Assembly: GCA_964535935.1 (NCBI GenBank)
Contig: CAZHWM010000012.1
Coordinates: 65,232-129,231, forward strand
Reading direction: 5' to 3'
Source of the DNA: an uncultured Planctomycetales bacterium
GTDB lineage: Bacteria > Omnitrophota > Gorgyraeia > Zapsychrales > Zapsychraceae
DNA length: 64,000 nt
Shown here one piece after another: positions 1-9,045 of this stretch (position 1 is its first letter; each line of letters begins with the position of its first letter). The position numbers were made by a program, and so were the translations under genes. The notes beneath the pieces were generated by a model that saw only the letters and a program-made list of their open reading frames with translations, had not been told where the DNA came from and did not search any database.

Positions 1-1
1 A

Positions 2-490
2 GAATTCAGAGAAGATCTTTATTATAGGGTTAATGTTATAGCAATACAAATGCCACCGTTAAGAGAAAGAAAGGACGATATTGAGGCATTGGTATCTTAT
101 TTTATTGATAAATACAATAAAATTAATAATAAAAGTATACAAGGAATAAGTAAAGAGGTTAAAAGACTTTTTATGGAATATCACTGGCCTGGTAACATTA
201 GGGAACTTGAGAATGCTATAGAAGGTGCAGTGATTATGTGTAAATCTCATATTATTCAGAAGGGCGATATCCCTAACCTTGCTAAATTAGAGGCGGATCA
301 AAAATTACAATTATCAGGGGAGAAATTATTAAAAAAGGCGGTAGAACAACCTGAAAGAGAACATATTATTTCTGTATTAAATGAATGTAATTGGAATAGA
401 AACAAGGCTGCTAGATTATTAGGGATAAATAGAACTACTTTATATAATAAAATGAAAAAATATAATATATTTAGTAAAGAGAAACGGTGA
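2..490 (+). CDS. sigma54-dependent transcriptional activator (NtrC-family enhancer-binding protein), 3' portion; 5' end lies outside the window
   Basis: The frame is open from the window edge. EFREDLYYRVNVIAIQMPPLRERKDDI and WPGNIRELEN are C-terminal sigma54 AAA+ signatures. The terminal Fis-type HTH is NKAARLLGINRTTLYNKMKKY. Confidence 0.85.
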   Translation, partial: EFREDLYYRVNVIAIQMPPLRERKDDIEALVSYFIDKYNKINNKSIQGISKEVKRLFMEYHWPGNIRELENAIEGAVIMCKSHIIQKGDIPNLAKLEADQKLQLSGEKLLKKAVEQPEREHIISVLNECNWNRNKAARLLGINRTTLYNKMKKYNIFSKEKR

Positions 491-494
491 AATA

Positions 495-1508
495 ATGAGT
501 AAAAAAGATATTATTACCAATAGACAGTTGGCGTTAAAAATAATCAATAAGACTCGATGGGAAAATATATTATCTCGTTTTTCTGATGTTTTGAGAATTA
601 ATATATTTGTAGTTGACTCTCAAGGAGAAATTATTCTTCCACCAAATAAAATAAAATATGGCGCTAGATTGTTATTTGAACCTATTTTAGGTGTAAATTT
701 GTTAGAACCTGTGGTTGAAACACTAAAAAAAAATATAGATTACAATGCCAAATATATTGAGGTAACAGGCAAATTTAATCTTCATATATATGCTATCCCT
801 ATAATAATCCCTTCAAAAAGAATAATAGCATATATGATAATAGGTCCTATTATTTTAAATAAACGTATGGAAAATTATGAATATAGTAGATTGGCAGAGA
901 TGATGAATATTGATAAAGATGATGTTCTTGATGAAATCAATATGACTAGGGTAGTTTCGAATGTTATGATGAATTCCATACTTGAATTATTAGCTGATAT
1001 TGTCAAAAATGGAGTAGAACTGAGTCTACAGAAATGGAAAGGTGGAGCTATTTCAGATAAAGAGATAATTCTCTCTTCTAATAAAATGGCAGAAGATAAA
1101 TTGAAAGAATACCTTGCTACATTGTTAGAATTATCTTTAAATATAACTAACGCAGAATCGGGTTCGATAATGTTGATGGATGAAAATAAAAACACATTAA
1201 GTGTTAGAGTTGCTAAGGGGCCCGGTACAGAAAAAACTCAAGGTAGTAAACAAAGATTGGGTGAAGGTATAGCAGGTGTTGCTGCAAAAGAAAATTCTCT
1301 TTTTATTATCAATGGACAACATGGAGATAATAGGATAAGGCATCTATTAAAACGACCGGAGATCAAACAATCTATAGTGATGCCATTATCGGATAAAAAC
1401 AAGGTTCTTGGAGTATTAAATTTGCATACCCAAAAGGTTGATACTAAAGTAGTAGATACAGCAGATAAATTAAAATATATATCTAAATTATTAACTTCAA
1501 TATATTAA
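495..1508 (+). CDS. GAF domain-containing sensor-like protein with no recognisable output domain
   Basis: The C-terminal half has GAF-like motifs (GSIMLMDENKNTLSVRVAKG, GEGIAGVAAKENSLFIING, VMPLSDKNKVLGVLNLH). The N-terminal ~170 aa weakly resembles a PocR-type sensory domain. The start lies 4 nt after the EBP stop, which suggests translational coupling. Confidence 0.6.
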   Translation: MSKKDIITNRQLALKIINKTRWENILSRFSDVLRINIFVVDSQGEIILPPNKIKYGARLLFEPILGVNLLEPVVETLKKNIDYNAKYIEVTGKFNLHIYAIPIIIPSKRIIAYMIIGPIILNKRMENYEYSRLAEMMNIDKDDVLDEINMTRVVSNVMMNSILELLADIVKNGVELSLQKWKGGAISDKEIILSSNKMAEDKLKEYLATLLELSLNITNAESGSIMLMDENKNTLSVRVAKGPGTEKTQGSKQRLGEGIAGVAAKENSLFIINGQHGDNRIRHLLKRPEIKQSIVMPLSDKNKVLGVLNLHTQKVDTKVVDTADKLKYISKLLTSIY

Positions 1509-1543
1509 ATTTGGGTTTTATTTTTAGCAAATGCTCATATTAA

Positions 1544-1591
1544 AGCTATATTTAATTTTAGCAAATGCTAAAAATAAATATAGCTTTTGTT
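1544..1591 (+). terminator. 42-bp near-perfect palindrome followed by TTTGTT; candidate intrinsic terminator of the EBP/GAF operon and/or an operator
   Basis: AGCTATATTTAATTTTAGCA-AA-TGCTAAAAATAAATATAGCT has 20-nt arms with one mismatch and lies 36 nt after the GAF stop. The stem is AT-rich, so its stability is uncertain. Confidence 0.4.
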
Positions 1592-1635
1592 AGATTTTAG
1601 GATATAAATTTTAATACTTATTATAAATTAGCATA

Positions 1636-2136
1636 ATGAATAAAAAAGGTAGGCACAAAAAAGTCAGATATATACAAGAAATGCCTAAGATATCACAATT
1701 TAGCCCAAGAGGAAAACCCGGGAGGCCAGATGAAGTGGAATTAAAAATAGATGAAATGGAGGCTATAAGATTAGCAGACTATCAAGGATATAATCAAACT
1801 GAAGGCGCGTTAGCGATGGGTATATCAAGGCCTAGTTTTGGGAGAATATTGCGTGCAGGCAGAAAAATTGTTGCTGATGCTTTAATCAACGGGAAAATAA
1901 TTAAGATAAGAATCGGAGATGTTCAGGTTGGCGTTAAAAAACAAAAACTTCCAGAAAAGAAAAACATTTTTAAGAATATATCAAAAAACAACTTTTCTTC
2001 TAAGGAATATATAAACAAAGAGATATTATTGCGCACAAATATATTTAGATATAAAAAGACAAAAACCAATACTAATAATATTATTGGCAATAATAAACAA
2101 CAACTTGTAACAAACTCGCAACAAAAGATTTCTTAA
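1636..2136 (+). CDS. DUF134/UPF0251 family putative DNA-binding protein with a low-complexity N/K-rich tail
   Basis: The N-terminal region KKVRYIQEMPKISQFSPRG and the HTH-like EGALAMGISRPSFGRILRAGRKIVADALING are as in the UPF0251 family. This is recognised from memory. Confidence 0.65.
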   Translation: MNKKGRHKKVRYIQEMPKISQFSPRGKPGRPDEVELKIDEMEAIRLADYQGYNQTEGALAMGISRPSFGRILRAGRKIVADALINGKIIKIRIGDVQVGVKKQKLPEKKNIFKNISKNNFSSKEYINKEILLRTNIFRYKKTKTNTNNIIGNNKQQLVTNSQQKIS

Positions 2137-2142
2137 TATATT

Positions 2143-2174
<32 letters not shown>

Positions 2175-2325
2175 TGAAATATAATTTTTAAAAATAAAAA
2201 ACATAACAAAAAAATGGATAAAAAAAATTTTATAACTCTGTATTTATTTTATTTTTTGCTATCTTCTTCCCATCCCCATCATCACATATCTTCTATTTTA
2301 TCTGAAATTTTAAAAGGATAGGCGT

Positions 2326-3531
2326 ATGATAAAAAAACAAATAAACACATTAAAAGATTTTTATTCCCTAATGTTTCTAACCAGAGATATACGTATGAAA
2401 TTAGTGAAAGATTATATTAAGAGTTTTTATATTGATAAAAATTTGATCGATGAATTAAAAATTGCTCTTAAAATGCTTGAAATGCTTCCCCGGCAAACTG
2501 ATGGTAGATATCGTTTACAACTTGTAAAAGATAAATACATTTTTTTAGACCTATATTATGAGATAAACGAATTAAAAAAAGATATATTTTTTCTTACCCA
2601 TGATGAAAAAGACTTTCTGGCATTTCTATCTTCTATGCATCATGGTTTCACGCAGCAATTAACAAAAGGGAAAGATTTTCTTTCTAAGATAAAGATAAAA
2701 ACTTTTGTAACTGATAGAGATGGGACTATAAACAACTATTGTGGAAGATATCTATCTTCTATACAGTCTGTATATAATGCTGTGTTTTTATCACGTTTTG
2801 CTATGAATTCTGTTGACAATGCGATAATTTTGACCTCTGCCCCTTTAGATAATATTGGGTTGAAAGACGTAAGTATTATGCCGGAGGGAATTTTTATATA
2901 TGCTGGTTCTAAGGGCCGAGAATATTTTGATAAAAAATTAATTCGGCATGTGTTTCCTATAGAAAAAGAGAAACAACAGATGCTTGCTAAATTGAATGAA
3001 AGATTAAAATTACTGGTAAGACAACCTGAATATGAGATATTTTCTCTTATTGGTTCCGGGCTACAATTTAAATTTGGACAAACTACTATAGCACGACAAG
3101 ATATCTCTGGCACGATCCCAGAAAATGATTCTTTAAAATTTCTCAATATTATAAAGCATATTGTATCAGAAATTGATCCAGAAGGTATTTTTTTCCGAAT
3201 AGAAGACACAGGCAAGGACATTGAGATAATCCTTACTATCGATAATAACCAACAAAATCAAGGATTAAAGGATTTTGATAAAGGAGATGGTATCGTATTT
3301 TTAGATATGGATTTAGGGCTTAATATGTCAGATGGTATCACCTTGGTATGTGGTGATACCCTTTCTGATTTTCCAATGATTGAAGTGGCTATTAACAGAT
3401 CAGGCGCAACTAGAGCGATTTTTGTTACAGAAGATGTTTTTTTGAAAGAAAAAATAATCTCTCTACTGGGAGAAAAAAACGTATTTTTTGTAAATCAATC
3501 TGACATCCTTATTTCTATATTGAATGAATAA
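2326..3531 (+). CDS. HAD-IIB superfamily hydrolase, trehalose-phosphatase-like, with a ~130-aa N-terminal extension; substrate unknown
   Basis: HAD motif I is FVTDRDGTINNY, and motif IV-like is LVCGDTLSDFPMIE. The cap region DIEIILT...DFDKGDGIVFL resembles the T6PP pattern LEVRP..WDKG. The RBS AAGGA lies 8 nt upstream. Confidence 0.5.
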   Translation: MIKKQINTLKDFYSLMFLTRDIRMKLVKDYIKSFYIDKNLIDELKIALKMLEMLPRQTDGRYRLQLVKDKYIFLDLYYEINELKKDIFFLTHDEKDFLAFLSSMHHGFTQQLTKGKDFLSKIKIKTFVTDRDGTINNYCGRYLSSIQSVYNAVFLSRFAMNSVDNAIILTSAPLDNIGLKDVSIMPEGIFIYAGSKGREYFDKKLIRHVFPIEKEKQQMLAKLNERLKLLVRQPEYEIFSLIGSGLQFKFGQTTIARQDISGTIPENDSLKFLNIIKHIVSEIDPEGIFFRIEDTGKDIEIILTIDNNQQNQGLKDFDKGDGIVFLDMDLGLNMSDGITLVCGDTLSDFPMIEVAINRSGATRAIFVTEDVFLKEKIISLLGEKNVFFVNQSDILISILNE

Positions 3532-3535
3532 TGAA

Positions 3536-3627
3536 TGGCGGAGAGGGCGGGATTCGAACCCGCGAGCCACCTTACGGCAGCCACACGCTTTCCAAGCGTG
3601 CTCTTTCAACCACTCAGACACCTCTCC
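3536..3627 (-). tRNA. tRNA-Ser (anticodon GGA), class II with a long variable arm, CCA encoded
   Basis: The reverse complement reads GGAGAGG-TG-TCTGAGTGGTTGAAAGAG-CACGC-TTGGAAA-GCGTG-TGGCTGCCGTAAGGTGGCTC-GCGGG-TTCGAAT-CCCGC-CCTCTCC-G-CCA. The 7-bp acceptor stem pairs perfectly, the T-loop is TTCGAAT, and the anticodon loop is TT-GGA-AA. Confidence 0.95.
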
Positions 3628-3691
3628 AGTTTTCCTTAATCTTATTCTCGCTGCTACAAAAGTTACAAATTAAAAAGTCAAGAAAAACAGA

Positions 3692-4999
3692 TCAATAAAT
3701 ATTGTCTTTCAATCCTAACTCTTTTTCTATATCCTGTCGTAACGCCACCTTATTCTTTATAGTTGTCTCTTTTTGTTCATCAGCATATTTTTTGTCTTCC
3801 ATCATTCTTTCTAAATTAATATCCATAGCTTCTGCAATTCTATCAATGAATTTTATGTCAGCATAGTCACATTCTTTTATAAGAGCAGTGACCCTTTTCT
3901 CATTAGTATCTAATGCTTTTATTAAGGTAAAAGCCTTCTTTCTATTATCATTAACAAAAATCTCCAATCCGATTAGACAATCCCCACACACATCTTTAGA
4001 AGTATCAATAACATTTTGAATGCGAGAATATATTCTCTTATATTGTTGTAACAATCTTTCTCTGTTTTGTTTAATATTTTCTATGTATCTGCCTTGGTCT
4101 TTCTGGACATCCTTCAATACATTCATAAGCCGAATTAGATGTCCACCCTTTATCTCTAAAAATTCTTGGGATATAATTTTAAATTGACTATGTATAGTAT
4201 CGCGTATTTTATCTAGCTCCTTATCTGTCCCTTGAAAGTTATTGTCTAATAGCCATATTTCATAATTTAAGGAGGTAACCATTTTATCTATATTTTTTAT
4301 CCCATCAAGAGGAATATCTGTTATTTCGTTTATTATCTCCTCAAAATCGTATTTAAGTGCAGATACAGTTTGTTTAGAACACCCTTTTTTTGTGTTGTTA
4401 TCTTGATGACATTTATCTGAGGAGTTACTACATTCTCCTATCATCATCCCTTCTATGCGTTTGAGAAGTATGTCCAAACTTGGAAGATTCGTAACAGGAT
4501 CTTCTATTATTCCTTCAAACAGAGATGTTATCTGTGACTTTATACGATTATAATTTGTTTTCCTATTATAATAAGGACTTTTTTCCTCACACATATATAA
4601 AATGGAATCTGCTATTTGATTAAAATCATCTATTTTACCAAGCAATTGCTTCCTTACATTGTTTACAATATATGTATATTCTTTAGCCTTTTGACGCAAT
4701 TTTTCATTGTTATCCTTTAATTCCTTTAGCAATTCTTTGCGTTTAGAAATCAATTTTTCTCTTTTATTTAATATTTTTTTATATTCTGTAATTAGTTTAT
4801 TCCAATTATCTCTTGAATCAAATCTATATTCTTCTGATTTAGGTTGATGGATTCTTTTTTTAAACCATTTATGGTAATCCCCCAAGAATTTTGATATAGG
4901 GGAGCCCCCCTCATTACTATTCTGAGAGTGATAGTCATATATCTCTAAACAAACAAAGACAAGAATTATTAGCAGTGTTACAATTATCTTTTTAAGCAT
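3692..4999 (-). CDS. hypothetical membrane-anchored or exported alpha-helical (coiled-coil-rich) protein
   Basis: The N-terminal hydrophobic segment is IIVTLLIILVFVCLEI. Long K/E/L heptad-like stretches follow, with Cys clusters (GECSNSSDKCHQDNNTKKGC, DVCGDC). I recognise no family. Confidence 0.45.
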   Translation of the reverse strand: MLKKIIVTLLIILVFVCLEIYDYHSQNSNEGGSPISKFLGDYHKWFKKRIHQPKSEEYRFDSRDNWNKLITEYKKILNKREKLISKRKELLKELKDNNEKLRQKAKEYTYIVNNVRKQLLGKIDDFNQIADSILYMCEEKSPYYNRKTNYNRIKSQITSLFEGIIEDPVTNLPSLDILLKRIEGMMIGECSNSSDKCHQDNNTKKGCSKQTVSALKYDFEEIINEITDIPLDGIKNIDKMVTSLNYEIWLLDNNFQGTDKELDKIRDTIHSQFKIISQEFLEIKGGHLIRLMNVLKDVQKDQGRYIENIKQNRERLLQQYKRIYSRIQNVIDTSKDVCGDCLIGLEIFVNDNRKKAFTLIKALDTNEKRVTALIKECDYADIKFIDRIAEAMDINLERMMEDKKYADEQKETTIKNKVALRQDIEKELGLKDNIY

Positions 5000-5042
5000 A
5001 GTAATATATTTTACATTTCATATGAATTTATGTAAATATATT

Positions 5043-6260
5043 TCAAAAATTATATTTTTCCCGCCAAAAAAAGATTTTGTCCTTTGGCCTTACCTCAATA
5101 GGTAGTTTTATACCTACAACTTCTCCTCTAACAGCCTTTTTTATAAATTTATGATTTTGTTGCATCTGTTCTACTTTAATTACATCAGAAACTGTCTTCT
5201 TCCCTATAATGATAATATTCTCACCTACAGCTATCTCAAGATTCCTTATCTTTACTTCTGCGACACCTATTTTTTTAAAAAATCGCGTCACTTCTCCAAC
5301 AAATACCTTTTCATAGGTATGCGCAAGTCCATCGCTCCGCCATTTATCCGACAGCCCAAAAAAGAATCCTTCAGAGAATCCCCGGTTATATACAGTTGCC
5401 AATCTATCCTTTAATGAAGCCTTTAATTTATCATCTAATCTGCCCTCATAATATGCATCAATTGCCTGACGATATACAGCAGTAGTTGCTTTTATATATT
5501 CTGGTGAACGCATCCTTCCTTCTATTTTAAAAGAAGATATTCCTACTTCTATCAATTTATCTATAAACTCTATAGTACATAAATCTTTTGGACTTAATAT
5601 ATAATCATGACCAATAATATACTCTGTTTCTGCATCCATATCCCTTATCAAAAATTCTCTCCTACATGGTTGAAGGCATTTACCCTGATTAGCGGATTTG
5701 TTAAAAGAATATAAAGATAAAAAGCATCTACCTGATATACTTACACACATAGCCCCATGGATAAATGTCTCTATCTCACAGTTAATATTGTTTAAGCGTA
5801 TATACTCTATAATATGCCTAATATCATCAAGTTTGCACTCTCGTGCTAATATTATCCGATGAACCCCCAACTTAGCCCAAAACTTCACAGCTTCGCTATT
5901 GGATACACTCGCCTGTGTTGATAAATGAATACGAAACCCCATCTCCTTTGCCATGTCCAAAACGGATGCATCCCATAGTATAATAGCATCCACACCTGCC
6001 TCTTTGGCCGCCTTTAATATCTTCCGTATCTTACATATCTGATTATCTAAAACTATTATATTTAGAGTAAGATATCCTTTCCTCCCTTTTCCATGCAAAT
6101 AGTCCATAACCTTATGAAGTTCAAGGATATCAAAATTACCAGCATTATGCCGCATATTAAAACCTTTAATTCCAAAATATACACTATCTGCTCCACTTTC
6201 TATAGCTGCTATAAGTGAAGCTTGTGTCCCTGCAGGGGATAATAATTCTGGTTTTTTCAT
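5043..6260 (-). CDS. U32 family peptidase-like protein
   Basis: PELLSPAG...AIESGADSVYFG and the U32 signature ETFIHGAMCVSISGRCFLS are present. The ORF track extends to 6272 through a TTG. The ATG at 6260 (MKKPELL) is the more likely start. Confidence 0.85.
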   Translation of the reverse strand: MKKPELLSPAGTQASLIAAIESGADSVYFGIKGFNMRHNAGNFDILELHKVMDYLHGKGRKGYLTLNIIVLDNQICKIRKILKAAKEAGVDAIILWDASVLDMAKEMGFRIHLSTQASVSNSEAVKFWAKLGVHRIILARECKLDDIRHIIEYIRLNNINCEIETFIHGAMCVSISGRCFLSLYSFNKSANQGKCLQPCRREFLIRDMDAETEYIIGHDYILSPKDLCTIEFIDKLIEVGISSFKIEGRMRSPEYIKATTAVYRQAIDAYYEGRLDDKLKASLKDRLATVYNRGFSEGFFFGLSDKWRSDGLAHTYEKVFVGEVTRFFKKIGVAEVKIRNLEIAVGENIIIIGKKTVSDVIKVEQMQQNHKFIKKAVRGEVVGIKLPIEVRPKDKIFFWREKYNF

Positions 6261-6283
6261 ATTACAAAACAATAATACAACAA

Positions 6284-6346
6284 AAACGTAAGATAAGGTT
6301 AGAAAGATAATACACCCATCCCTATTATTAACCCTACCTTACGTTT
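6284..6346 (-). terminator. long hairpin plus U-rich tract between metY and the U32 gene (terminator or attenuator)
   Basis: On the minus-strand RNA, an 18-bp outer stem AAACGUAAGGUAGGGUUA / UAACCUUAUCUUACGUUU contains two G.U pairs that would be A-C mismatches on the other strand. There is an inner 6-bp stem AUAAUA/UAUUAU. The hairpin is followed by UUGUUGUAUUAUUGUUUUG. Confidence 0.55.
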
Positions 6347-6370
6347 CTTATTAACTGCCTAATATACTTT

Positions 6371-7666
6371 TTATTCAACTGCCTTTTTTAGTGCCTGTTC
6401 AATATCTACAATTATATCTTCTACTGCTTCAATGCCTATGGAAAGGCGAATAAAATCTGGTGTAATACCTGCCTTCTGTTGTTCTTCCTCTGTCATCTGA
6501 GAATGTGTTGTACTTGCTGGGTGTATAGCTAATGTCTTTGCATCTCCTATATTTGCCAGATGAGAGACTAACTGCAAGGAATTTATGAATTTTTTGCCTG
6601 CCTCCAATCCCCCTTTTATTCCAAATCCTATAATAGCCCCTGCCCCTTTCTTAAGATATTTATCAGCCCGTTCTTTATAGGGACTACTGGCTAACCCTGG
6701 ATAATTGACCCAACTAACATAAGGACTCTTCTCAAGATATTCAGCAACAGTTAGGGCATTTTTAGCATGGCGCACCATGCGCAAATGTAAGGTTTCAAGT
6801 CCCTGTAAAAATAAGAAGGCATTAAATGGAGACATTGCAGGTCCTAGAGGCCTAAGCATAGATAACCTTGCCTTAGCTATATATGCGGCATCGCCAAAGG
6901 CCTCTGTAAAATCTAACCCATGATATGCCTTGTCAGCCCCAGCTATTAAAGGAAATTTTTCTTCTGTCCACTTAAATTTTCCTGAATCTACTATTATTCC
7001 ACCAATTGAAGTTCCATGACCTCCTATAAATTTTGTTACTGATAAAACGACAATATCTGCTCCATAATCAACTGGACGGAATAGATATGGTGTAACAGTG
7101 TTATCTACAATAAGAGGGACACCTGCCTCATGAGCAACTTTTGCCAAAGCCTCTATATCTACAACATTTACCTTCGGGTTTCCCAAGGTCTCAGTATATA
7201 TAGCCTTAGTCTTAGAAGTAATTGCCTTCTTAAAACCATTTATGTCATCCGCATCTACAAACTTAACATTTATACCGAAACGTTTGAATGTATTGGAAAA
7301 CAGGGTATATGTACCGCCATACAAACTATCAACAGAAATAATCTCATCACCAGATTGAGTTATATTAAAAATAGCAAGAGATATCGCCGACATTCCACTG
7401 GCAACAGCCAAGGCCCCTACCCCTCCTTCCAACAATGCCATCCTTTTTTCTAAAACATCGGTAGTAGGATTCATTAACCGTGTATAGATATTTCCTGTTT
7501 CTTGTAAACCGAATAAATTAGCAGCATGCTCTGTGTTTCTAAAGACAAAAGACGTAGTCTGATAAATAGGTGTAACTCTGGCTCCTGTTGCTGTATCGGG
7601 CTTCTGCCCTCCATGCACTGTTAATGTATCTAAATTCAGAGTTGTTTTAACATTTTTGTCGCTCAT
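6371..7666 (-). CDS. metY: O-acetylhomoserine (thiol)-lyase / O-acetylhomoserine sulfhydrylase
   Basis: Cys/Met-metabolism PLP enzyme motifs are present: [19 protein letters not shown], and the PLP-lysine motif [17 protein letters not shown]. The length is 431 aa. Confidence 0.9.
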   Translation of the reverse strand: MSDKNVKTTLNLDTLTVHGGQKPDTATGARVTPIYQTTSFVFRNTEHAANLFGLQETGNIYTRLMNPTTDVLEKRMALLEGGVGALAVASGMSAISLAIFNITQSGDEIISVDSLYGGTYTLFSNTFKRFGINVKFVDADDINGFKKAITSKTKAIYTETLGNPKVNVVDIEALAKVAHEAGVPLIVDNTVTPYLFRPVDYGADIVVLSVTKFIGGHGTSIGGIIVDSGKFKWTEEKFPLIAGADKAYHGLDFTEAFGDAAYIAKARLSMLRPLGPAMSPFNAFLFLQGLETLHLRMVRHAKNALTVAEYLEKSPYVSWVNYPGLASSPYKERADKYLKKGAGAIIGFGIKGGLEAGKKFINSLQLVSHLANIGDAKTLAIHPASTTHSQMTEEEQQKAGITPDFIRLSIGIEAVEDIIVDIEQALKKAVE

Positions 7667-7771
7667 AGCTGCTCCTTATTTACTATAGATATAATTAAAA
7701 AAATTTTTTATATTATTATAATAAATATGATAAAAAAGTAAATTCTTTACTATTGATTTAAATAGAAAATC

Positions 7772-8701
7772 TTATTTGTATTTTTTTTTAGAGATAAATA
7801 TAATCCCATCTTTTACTCCTTTAAAGGTAGCTTTAAATAATTGTTTTTTATTTTTATACACACATAATATTTTAATAAAATCTTTTAGAAGACATAGAAA
7901 GTATATAGGTAGAAATAAAAGAAATGTTATTTTTTTAGAATAAACTTTATGGAGGAAAATAAGTTTGTTTCTATAATTATAGTAAGCTGTATATGGATTA
8001 AATTTCTCTCCTCCAGAACTTTGTGAAACTTTATGAAATACTATTGATAATGGTTCATAAATAATTTTATATCCTTCTTTATTTATTCTATAACAAAGAT
8101 CCAAATCCTCACAATAACAAAAATATTCTTCATCAAAATATATACTATTTAAAGAAAGTTTTATAAGCATAGAACATCCTGATATATATTGAACTTCTTT
8201 TGCCGTTTCTGTATTACTGTAATGGTCCTCTTTTCCCTCGTCTATATTAGAAAAAAATTTTAATCCTGGTGGGAACAGTTGAAACTTTATTAAATATAGA
8301 CCTCTAGACCAAATTTTATTTGAATCAAAAAATTTAATTTTTGACCCAACCGCCCCCACTTCTTTTCTCTTTAAATGGCGCACCTGATATTTCAGAGAAT
8401 CTTTATCTACAATAGTATCATTATTTAAAATCCATACATATTCATAACCATTATCTTTCGCCCATTTTATAGCTATATTATTCCCTTTTGAGAAACCATT
8501 GTTATTTTTATTTTGAATTAAATGAATGTCATGAAATTTTTCTTTAATACGACTTCCTTCATTTTCTTTAGAAAAATTATCTACTATAATTATTTTATAA
8601 TTAGAATATCCTAACTTTTTCAAAGATTCTATACACATAATTGTATCTTTATATCCATTCCAATTTAGTATAATTATTGCAACTTTTGGTTCATTCTGCA
8701 T
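7772..8701 (-). CDS. glycosyltransferase family 2
   Basis: VAIIILNWNGYKDT, IIIVDNFS, NNGFSKGNN, ILNNDT and CEDLDLCYR are typical GT2 (rhamnosyltransferase-like) motifs. Confidence 0.8.
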   Translation of the reverse strand: MQNEPKVAIIILNWNGYKDTIMCIESLKKLGYSNYKIIIVDNFSKENEGSRIKEKFHDIHLIQNKNNNGFSKGNNIAIKWAKDNGYEYVWILNNDTIVDKDSLKYQVRHLKRKEVGAVGSKIKFFDSNKIWSRGLYLIKFQLFPPGLKFFSNIDEGKEDHYSNTETAKEVQYISGCSMLIKLSLNSIYFDEEYFCYCEDLDLCYRINKEGYKIIYEPLSIVFHKVSQSSGGEKFNPYTAYYNYRNKLIFLHKVYSKKITFLLFLPIYFLCLLKDFIKILCVYKNKKQLFKATFKGVKDGIIFISKKKYK

Positions 8702-9045
8702 CCCTTAGAACTCCAGAATATAATTTAAATTAAAATAAAACTTAATCCATTCGTTAATTTTTTATGTATCTTTTACCTAAATAAAAAAAATGAAATATGA
8801 TAATTATAATAATTGTGATTAGTTGATATATTATTCTATTTTTTTAATCTTAGGTTTTAAATACCCTTAACTAATCGGGGGTTTTTTCATGATTTTTTAA
8901 AGTGGGATAAATATATAAATATAAATTTCATATTCCTAACACGTTTTAATTATTTCTTGCGAACTTGACTTGAATAAGGACTATATAATAATATTTTTTG
9001 TCATTTGTAACATTAATAGAAATATAAAGTATTGTATATAAACAT

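Noticed and set aside
1511-1530. Possible sigma54 -24/-12 promoter (TTGGGTTTTATTTTTAGCA) downstream of the EBP operon.
   Set aside because: The GG-to-GC spacing is one to two nt too long relative to TGGCAC-N5-TTGC, and the flanking consensus bases are missing. I found no better candidate upstream of either downstream gene.
3628-3691. Integrated mobile element or prophage next to tRNA-Ser.
   Set aside because: There is no integrase, transposase or phage gene anywhere in the window, and I noticed no duplicate of the tRNA 3' end. Only the low-GC hypothetical gene at 3692..4999 is suggestive.
7667-7771. Riboswitch or T-box leaders upstream of metY (SAM), alaS, trpS, proS (T-box) and purA.
   Set aside because: The spacers are only ~37-105 nt and AT-rich, without the conserved cores (no SAM-I/T-box-like helices or a specifier/T-box sequence). 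They are too short for these elements.
8702-9045. 344-nt spacer between the two GT2 genes, examined for CRISPR repeats, small RNAs or a missed gene.
   Set aside because: There are no repeat-spacer periodicity, no stable GC-containing structures, and only trivial ORFs (for example MKYDNYNNCD). It is most simply an AT-rich promoter region.
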